DNA of 63,987 bases, the filler included, from Licmophora abbreviata (lineage: Eukaryota), in the NCBI GenBank assembly GCA_900291995.1. It is 12 parts of 12 records of this genome, joined end to end, with 100 filler letters (N's around TTAATTAATTAA, not from the genome) between each part and the next. Parts side by side here need not be neighbours in the genome. Positions count along the whole stretch, not along the records: positions 56,182 to 58,008 come from OLMU01004121.1; positions 58,109 to 60,125 come from OLMU01004124.1; positions 60,226 to 61,768 come from OLMU01004127.1; positions 61,869 to 62,881 come from OLMU01004135.1; positions 62,982 to 63,987 come from OLMU01004214.1; 7 more parts are not named here. One strand, given 5' to 3'. Positions 56,182 to 63,987 of the stretch are shown here, one piece after another. Positions within the stretch are counted from its first letter, which is position 1, and every line of letters begins with the position of its first letter. A program made the position numbers and the translations under genes. The notes beneath the pieces are model-generated. The model ran no database searches. It had not been told where the DNA came from and was given only the letters and a program-made list of their open reading frames with translations.

Positions 56182-58008
56182 CACTTTTTTGAGACATCGA
56201 CGGTTCTCTTGTCCTTCGTGTTGCTCGGCAAATGGATGAATACGCTGGCAGTCCGTCGGACTAGTGAGGCTTTGACGAAGCTCATGAAGCTGCAAGCGAA
56301 AGTAGCGACTCGTGTCGTACCGATCGCGCAAAGTGAATTAAGATGGGACCCCGCGGTCGACTCCTATGACGAAGAAACGGTCCCCATCGAGCAGATCCAA
56401 CCAAACGACACTGTCAAGATACTTCGTGGTGCGGCGATCCCCGCAGACGGATTCGTGTCTTATGGCGAAATGACCGTCGACGAAAGCATGATCTCAGGAG
56501 AGTCTGTTCCTGTTCTCAAGTCTCCAGGGTCGATTGTCTTGGGAGGAACAGTCTGTGTCGAAGGCTCTTCCGCCTTTGTGTGCGTGACTGGAGTCGGCGC
56601 GTCGACAGCTTTGGCTCAGATTGTTCAGCTCGTAGAAGAAGCACAAACGCGACAAGTTCCGATCCAATCCTTGGCCGATACCATCTCATCCGTGTTTGTG
56701 CCAGCCGTATGTACCCTTTCTGTTGTTACCTACATGATTTGGTACGCTCTTTGCATGACGGGTGTCGTTCCGGAGGAGTATTTCGTCGACGAGGGCGCCG
56801 GAACTTTCAGTTTGATGTTCGGGATTGCTTGCCTCGTCATTTCGTGTCCATGCGCTCTGGGTTTAGCAACTCCAACGGCAATTATGGTCGGCTTTGGAGT
56901 GGGTGCTTCTCATGGAGTATTAATGAAAGGTGGAGAATCTCTCGAGACCGCAAGCAAGGTCGATTCTGTCGTGTTCGACAAGACGGGGACTCTGACACAG
57001 TCGAAACCAGTCATCACTGATTTTATTGTGCTTCCAGGGGTCACGTTGGACACAGAGTATCTTTTATGGGCACTGGCATCGTTGGAGCGAAATTCGGAAC
57101 ACCCCCTCGCGACGGCCGTGGTATCACACGCTCAGTCTACACTCGAAGAGTGCTATCTGAAGTCGCGTCCATTTGTCCAGCCAGCAGATTTTCGCGCCCT
57201 CACCGGACGCGGGGCATCGGGAATCATCGATAATGTCACTGTTGCCGTTGGCAACCGAGGATTTATTGATGTGATGGACATTCATCTGTCGGAACAAGTC
57301 GAAGCACTCATGGTGCAGCTCGAGGAAAAGGGGAAAACGGCCATCCTCGCTACCGTTGACTCTAAATTGTGCGCCGTCATGGGTATCGCCGACCAACTGA
57401 AGCCCGATGCAGCTGAGTCGATTCGATACTTGCAGACAGTTATGAACGTTGATGTCTGGATGGTGACAGGGGACAACAGTCGAACGGCAAGAGCGATTGC
57501 AGAGAGGCTCAGTATACCGCTCGATAGAGTGGTGCCTGAAGCGCTACCTGTTGCCAAGGTACGAAAAGTCAAGGCTCTTCAAAAGGAGGGGCATATCGTG
57601 GCAATGATCGGTGATGGCATCAACGATTCGCCTGCGTTGGCGCAGGCTGATGTCGGCATGAGCCTCGGTACCGGCGCCGAGATTGCCGCGGAGGCGTCAG
57701 ATATGGTGTTGGTCCGTGGCCATGTGACGGATGTTTGTACAGCGTTGGATCTCAGTCGAGTGATCTTTCGCCGTATCCAGTGGAACTTTGTTTGGTCGCT
57801 TCTTTACAACTGTCTTGGAATTCCAGTTGCAGCTGGAGCCTTCTATCCTCTTGTGCACACGCGGCTTCCCCCAACGCTTGCGGGGTTGGCCATGGCGCTC
57901 AGCTCGTTGAGTGTCGTCGGCAGCAGTCTCGCGCTGCGATTGTATAGTCCACCGACTGTTCTTGCCCACAACCAGAACGGAGGTTTTTCGGGCCTGATGC
58001 AGCTCATC
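56182..58008 (+). CDS. P1B-type (Cu+) heavy-metal ATPase, internal fragment
   Basis: FFETS, DESMISGES, CPCALGLATP, DKTGTLT, SEHPLA, TGDN, GDGINDSPALA, and the YN and MALSS Cu(I) motifs. Both ends truncated by gaps. Confidence 0.95.
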
Positions 58009-58108
58009 NNNNNNNNNNNNNNNNNNNNNNNNNNNNNNNNNNNNNNNNNNNNTTAATTAATTAANNNNNNNNNNNNNNNNNNNNNNNNNNNNNNNNNNNN
58101 NNNNNNNN

Positions 58109-59743
58109 GATACCATTGGCGAAGAAGCCAAGAAGAGAGCCAGTGAAACGTCGGGAAGCACTCCCAGTGATGGCGCCCCCAGTGGCGGCTCTCTGGATGC
58201 AAAGAGGCAGCGCACAAGCGCCCAGGAGCAGGTCTCTACCAACTTAGGAGGAGGCGACGAAGCACCGCCTGTGGAAGCCAGCGCGGAAGGCACTGCGTCT
58301 CTCTGTGATAACGACGTACTCTTTGGTCATGGGCCCCTGATCCACCCTGGCAATCGCTTCTTTCACTCTCTCATCAATTGCCATCGTCGTGGATACCGCA
58401 AGGCCCGCAAGAAGGACAAGTCAGCCATCTCGCGTGCCATTGTTAAAGCTGTCCGCGTACGAAATGGACGCTTCCTGAAGCGTGACGAAGCGTCCGGTCT
58501 GTGGTTCGAGGTCGGGGATGAAGCTGCTCGCAGGAAGACAAGCCAGGCGTTGCGTGAATGCGTTTTCAAGATGCGTCGAATGATGTATGAGAGCGAGAAA
58601 GAGGAACAAGCGCTCGAAGATGAATACATCAAGCTTCAACAGATCCTCAGTGCCGGACGTCGACATTGCGCATGTAATTGTATTTATATCAGTTTGAGCA
58701 ATGATCAAACCAAGAACACCCCCAGCGAAGCCAGCGCGGAAGGCTGTGACTTTATCGGTGATAACGACGTACTCATTGGTCGTGCCCCGGGCACCCATGT
58801 CCATCCTGGCAATCGCTTGTTTGACTATCTCATCAAATACCATAGTCGTGGATACGACAAGGCCTGCCAGAACGGCAAGTTAGCCATCTCGCGTGCCATT
58901 GTTGACGCTTTCCGCTTACGAAATGGACGCTTCCTGAAGCATGACGAAGCGTACGATGAGTGGTTCGAGGTCGGGGATGAAGCTGCTCGCAGGAAGACAA
59001 GCCAGGCGATGCGTGAACGCATTCTCAAGATGCGTCGAATTGTGCTTGAGAGGGAGAAAGAGAAGCCTGTCGAAACCAAACGTGGTACACCACAGCGTGG
59101 TCAGTCCACGAGCGAGGAGCAGCAAGACGTTGTCATTGCCCCGGGGGGCGCCAACAATGAGGAAGATAAGGCTGATACCATTGGCGAGGAAGCCAAGAAG
59201 AGAGCCAGTGAATCGTCGGGAAGCACTCCCAGTGATGGCGCCCCCAGTGGCGGTCCTCCGCATGCAAAGAGGCAGCGCACAAGCGCCCAGGAGCAGGTCT
59301 CTACCAACCTAGGAGGAGGCGACGAAGCACCGCCTGTGGAAGCCAGCGCGGAAGGCTCTGCGTTTTTCGGTGATAACGACGTACTCATTGGTCGTGCCCC
59401 GGGCACCCATGTCCATCCTGGCAATCGCTTCTTTCACTATCTCACTGATTACCATCTTCGTGGATACGACAAGGCCAGCCAGAACGTCAAGTCAGCCATA
59501 GTGCGTGCCATTGTTAAAGCTGTCCGCGTACGAAATGGACGCTTCCTGAAGCGTATCGAAGCGTCCGGTCTGTGGTTCGAGGTCGGGGATAAAGCTGCTC
59601 GCAGGAAGACAGTCGTGGCGATGTGTCAACGCGTTATCAAGATGCATTCACGCGCTTCCGAGATGCGTCGAATTATGTTTGAGAGAGAGAAAGAACAAGC
59701 GCTCGAAGATGAATACATCATGCATCAGCAGAACCTCAGTGCC
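58109..59743 (+). repeat. Internal direct repeats: about 58109-58655 vs about 59174-59743 (initial offset 1065), with a third domain copy at about 58727-59052
   Basis: gataccattggcga(a/g)gaagccaagaagagagccagtgaa... recurs with high nucleotide identity. Confidence 0.9.
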
Positions 59744-60125
59744 GAATACTACGCGGGAATCGAGGCTGCCAGCAAAGCCGCAACGATGAACACTGCCGCC
59801 GTCAATCCCATGTACATCCTTCCTCCGCCGGGTGCTGCCAGAAGCACCCATGTACCTCCCTCCTCGTGCCCTCATCGCGCCTCCGCCAGATACCGCCAGA
59901 GCACCCATGTACCTCCCTCCTCATGCCCTCATCCCGCCTCCGCCAGATACCGCCGGAGTACCCATGTACCTCCCTCCTCATGCACGTATTCCACCTCCCC
60001 CCGATGCTGCTGGAGCAATGATATCATCGCCTCCTGTCTATGGTCAGCCATACGTGAGCAAGGAGATATATCAAAGGAATCCGCACGCAGCACCGGCATT
60101 GAATCCCGATACTATGCAACCCGTG
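58109..60125 (+). CDS. DUF6824-like repeat protein fragment (three domains + Pro-rich tail); probable frameshift at about 59842
   Basis: Three copies of NDVLxG..HPGNRxF..Y..A....K..I..AIV..R.RNGRFLK....WFEVGD..ARRKT. Both ends run into gaps. Confidence 0.75.
59843..60010 (+). repeat. 57-bp tandem coding repeat, about 3 copies
   Basis: agcacccatgtacctccctcctc...ccgccagataccgcc(a/g)g units start at 59843, 59900 and 59957. Confidence 0.88.
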
Positions 60126-61186
60126 NNNNNNNNNNNNNNNNNNNNNNNNNNNNNNNNNNNNNNNNNNNNTTAATTAATTAANNNNNNNNNNNNNNNNNNN
60201 NNNNNNNNNNNNNNNNNNNNNNNNNAATGAGTCCTGGGACCAATTTTTGAAAAATTCATTCGACATGCAGACAAAAATTTATTCGACATCCACTCATTCA
60301 GAAAATTCAATCTTATGACGAATACTTGGCGTAAAAATATATTACACAAATATGTCATACAAGTCAGTATATAAAATCAAAAAACTTATCTTAACGCCCA
60401 ACGCGCGCGACAAACTTTATGAGCATACGAACACACCGTTCTGAAAGTTTTAGAAATCTGCTGAGTGGCCCTACCCGATTGTTTGTTCTGGCCGCAGAGT
60501 GTGTGACTGGTATCATAGTCTACATTTGAGCCGAGCTGCATTATCCGAACTGGGGTCAACAGGTCAGATGAGGACCTAATAAACTCCGCCCGGGAAAGCT
60601 GTGTCAACGCGTCAGCAATATTAACGGCGAAGTAATGGCGAATCGTCGCGTCGTCACCTCAGACTGATGAGTCAAGTTCAAGGTACCTTGTACATTTCTC
60701 GTCGTCGTTAGTAGTAGGCCGACCTATAGACAAACTAATTGAGTTCTTGGCAAGATGAACGTGTAGATTCACTTGCTATTTTCCTTTCTGTATGTGACTC
60801 TAGAGAACACAGATCAGTAGTTACTTTGGAGGTGATGTTCAGTACCAGACTAATTCGACGTACCGTAGCTATATGGGCGAGAGTCACTTGGTTTCCCAAG
60901 CTTTGGTTTCTTCTTCTTCGTCCGTCATTGATGCATGTTAAATCCGTCTGCCACGGAGTGCGAAGTGCGAAACGCTATGACTGCAGCGAGGATCTTTCTT
61001 TCTCAACGCGGCACCGTCTTACAAATCGACCAAGACTAGGGCTCATATTAAGCTGACTCGTGACTCGGGGCATACCTGTTCCTTACTTTATAATACAATA
61101 CATTACTCATGAACGAAGTGACTCTAGAATCCAAACAGTCTAGACCACAAACAAGACACAATTAAGTTCACCTTCTCGCCACACCT

Positions 61187-61711
61187 CTAGACAGCAAAGC
61201 TGTCGTTCAAGTCCTTGATCAATAGTTCGTTTGCCTCTCGCATCTTGGCCGCTGGCGGCTTAATCCATCCCGCCTGGTTCTCAAACGCAGTCACTTTCAC
61301 TACGTCCTTGCCAGCCTTTTTGATCGTACTAATCTCAACTCGCACGATTGCCTTGACCACGCCGCAAAGCATGCTGCTTCCCGATTCGAAGAAGAACGCG
61401 TCGCCCGCCGTACTGCCACTGCAGTCGATAATCGAAATTGGACCCTTTAAGACAGCGATACTAAAAATGAACTCGTCCCCTTTCTCAAGTGGTTCCTTCT
61501 GATTCTCCTCAGAGAGCGATGCACTGATGCCTTTCTGAGTACGCCACTCGTTCCAGGTCGACGGCGACATGAGCTTGTCGTAGACAGCGGCGGCCGACGG
61601 GGCGTTGGGAACCAAGCCCGACACGCCAATCGAGAGGCCCTCACTTTTCCAAGCTTGAGCTTTTCCTTCTTCGTCCGACATGATAGAGTTTGGAATAGAT
61701 GGATATGACAT
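61187..61711 (-). CDS. Hypothetical protein, possibly SRPBCC/START-like fold
   Basis: 174-aa ORF. VPNAPSAAAVYDKLMSPSTWNEW and a C-terminal helix resemble Bet v1/SRPBCC proteins. Confidence 0.45.
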   Translation of the reverse strand: MSYPSIPNSIMSDEEGKAQAWKSEGLSIGVSGLVPNAPSAAAVYDKLMSPSTWNEWRTQKGISASLSEENQKEPLEKGDEFIFSIAVLKGPISIIDCSGSTAGDAFFFESGSSMLCGVVKAIVRVEISTIKKAGKDVVKVTAFENQAGWIKPPAAKMREANELLIKDLNDSFAV

Positions 61712-61868
61712 TTCCGTTGCGAAATGAAAAAGTGAGCTGAGTGTCCGTTCGAGAAGACGAGAACCTTTNNNNNNNNNNNNNNNNNNNNNNNNNNNNNNNN
61801 NNNNNNNNNNNNTTAATTAATTAANNNNNNNNNNNNNNNNNNNNNNNNNNNNNNNNNNNNNNNNNNNN

Positions 61869-62880
61869 CTTGACGCCACCCCTCGCTGCTTCACGTGTGG
61901 AAGTGCGACTGGCGACTTTCACTCCGCGCGTGCGAGCACTGCGCCGTGTGGAATTGGAGGCACTATCTTCGGTATTGGCCTTTTTTCCGCGTGTTCGAGA
62001 GCTGCTTCGAGTCGAGATAACCGTGGATACCTCCTGTTCTCCGTCATCGGACTGTTCGCCGACGTCCTTCTTGCGGCTCCGCATTCCCGTGCGAGCAGAC
62101 GTCGTCGGCTCTTGAACCTGCTCCAGTTCTTCCTGCTGCACGGCATGGTTGCGAGTAGGCTGCTTTGGCGGCGACTTCGTAGATGCCCCTTCTCGGTTGC
62201 CCCTCGTTGCACGGCCTGCCCGAGGAGTTGAACGAGTCGCAGGCGCCTGTTCCACGACCACTTTCTTCGTTTTTCGAGAACGCGTCGTCCTAGTCGAAAG
62301 CGCAACTGATTCGTGTGTTTCGTCCGTACGCTTGCCTCTGTTTCCGCGACCACGAGTCGACCGAAGACCAGGTGACGAAGATTCCTCCTCCTGTAGACTT
62401 TCATCCTCATCTCCGGCCTTCTCTGCAACACGAGCAGCCTTGCCTGGAGATTGAGAGTTCAACGTCGATACTGTCTCCATACTGTCGTGGCGTCTCTGTT
62501 GTGTGACTGCAGTCAAACGAACTCTAGAACGAGAAGACGCACGGGTCCGCGTCGACGAGACGGCGCTGCCGCTATCTATCGAAGATATAGTGTGCTCATC
62601 ACGTGCATCGAAGGCAGATGGAACACGATTCGACTTGACATCCGCTGTCGCATCGCCCTCTATTGACGTGCTTGTGGTGCGTGAAGACTCGCGTGTTCCT
62701 CTCCGAGTTGTGGCGGGCAAACCTTTTGGTTCGCCTCGGTCGCTAGATGCAATCACGTACGAGCGAGCGCGAGCAGCAGTGGAGCCATTATGTGCCTCGC
62801 TGACGACATCTCGGCCATTTCCTCGTGGGGCTTCCTCTTTCCTTAAGTGATTCTTCCTGGGAGAGAGTTTCAAGTTTTCC
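61869..62880 (-). CDS. Internal fragment of a low-complexity Arg/Ser/Thr-rich protein (possibly chromatin-associated)
   Basis: Frame is open across the whole contig, with repeated STR/TRxR motifs and no recognisable domain. Confidence 0.5.
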
Positions 62881-62981
62881 ANNNNNNNNNNNNNNNNNNN
62901 NNNNNNNNNNNNNNNNNNNNNNNNNTTAATTAATTAANNNNNNNNNNNNNNNNNNNNNNNNNNNNNNNNNNNNNNNNNNNN

Positions 62982-63923
62982 AGCAATGGCACCAGGAGCG
63001 GGAGACGATTGTGGCAAGATGTAGCTTGTCTCGAGGAGACCTTTTTCCAGGGTCTCCTTGGCCCAAGTCGTCACATCGCGCTCCTCCCATGTACCTGCCT
63101 GGTTCCAAGCAGATGTTCCATCCTTGGTCGGTGCTGGCTGTTGCTGTGGTTGAGCATCGATGCGCTTCGGAGCAATGTCGCCAATCAACTTTTTTGCGTC
63201 GTCCGTCAGCTCATTGTGAAAGTAGGACGTTTTCTTGCCATTAATCACCTTGTAGCCGCGGACATGATCCGACTTCGAAAAGACACCTTCATCTTCGGCA
63301 CTAGTACTAGAGGACGGCTTGGAAGACGGCGACTTGGTAGTCGAAGCTTTCTTGACGGGTACCGGCTCAGCAATCGTAGGCGCCGGTGTCGTCTTTGACG
63401 TTTCCGCAATGGTTTCCAAGTTTGCCTTGTCAATGTCCATCTCCATCAAGGCTTTTTCCTCCGCAATGACTTTCTCTAGCTTTTCACATTCCTTGTTGAG
63501 TGCCTTGTTGGCAGGGTCGAGTTTGAGAGCTGCCTGAAACGCCTCCAGGGCTTCACCGTTTCGGTGCAACTTCTGCAGAGCCTGGCCCCGTCGCCAGTGG
63601 CCCTTGACGTAGCTCGGGTCCAGTTCCACTGCTTTCTCGGCTGCCTGCTGAGCAGCCTCCAAGAGGCCCATATTGAGTTGCACCAAAGAGAGATTGGAGC
63701 GCAGAATGGCGTTGGACTGATCAATGTCGATGGCCCGAAGGTATAAGAGTTCGGCGTCCTTCCATGCCTTGGCCGAGACGGCATTTCGCGCACGCGATTT
63801 CAACTCATCCACCAATTGCGCCCGTCCTTGCGGTGTCTCGGGTATGGATGCTTCCAAGACGTCCCTGTGGGCTGACATGAGACCGGCAGCAGCGGCGCCG
63901 GGAGTACTTCCAAGAGACGCCAT
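62982..63923 (-). CDS. TPR + Aha1_N-type HSP90 co-chaperone, 3' truncated
   Basis: Three TPRs (ELKSRARNA.., ILRSNLSLVQL..AVELDPSYVKGHWRRG, ALKLDPAN), then GYK..GKKTSYFH and SAWNQAGTWEERDVTTWAK. Confidence 0.8.
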
Positions 63924-63987
63924 GGTGGATAACTATCAATGGATGACGAAAGCGAGAAAATAAATTGCGCGAAAACTGAGGTGGATA

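Noticed and set aside
60226..61100. AT-richer non-coding stretch as a possible transposon or organellar insert
   Set aside because: No terminal repeats, transposase ORF, or tRNA/rRNA similarity could be seen.

Overview
Eukaryotic nuclear scaffold from a gene-dense genome of roughly 50% GC with short GT-AG introns. It is most likely a diatom: there are bipartite signal+ASAF-type plastid presequences, a BiP ending in DDEL, a DUF6824 repeat protein, a class C GPCR and a GAF hybrid histidine kinase. The window is 12 contigs joined by artificial 100-nt spacers (N44-TTAATTAATTAA-N44). At least three joins are genuinely adjacent: two genes cross a gap and one gap separates two haplotype copies. About 30 protein-coding genes can be supported, including a urea transporter 3' end, PDZ/CRAL-TRIO protein, sulfotransferase, CDPK, bacterial-type ThrC-like enzyme, BiP, LRR-kinase, P450, GT90, MadBub/BUB1, PP1, fucokinase/GDP-fucose pyrophosphorylase, Rab, PPR protein, Cu-ATPase and TPR-Aha1. 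No RNA genes, CRISPR arrays or recognisable transposons were seen. The most interesting candidates are: (1) a head-to-head pair of two unrelated, apparently mitochondria-targeted 4-hydroxy-2-oxoacid aldolases (Eda-type and RraA/HMG-type); (2) a triple [EF-hand pair + YrhK-like TM hairpin] membrane protein next to a CDPK; (3) a PLAC8-PrsW fusion; (4) an intronless bacterial-type ThrC; (5) a stand-alone PAL-like amidation lyase; (6) a recurrent AGTCGACTGAGTC/TGAGTC upstream motif. Four single-base frameshifts in homopolymer runs are probably sequencing errors. All family calls come from motif recognition by eye, not from database searches.
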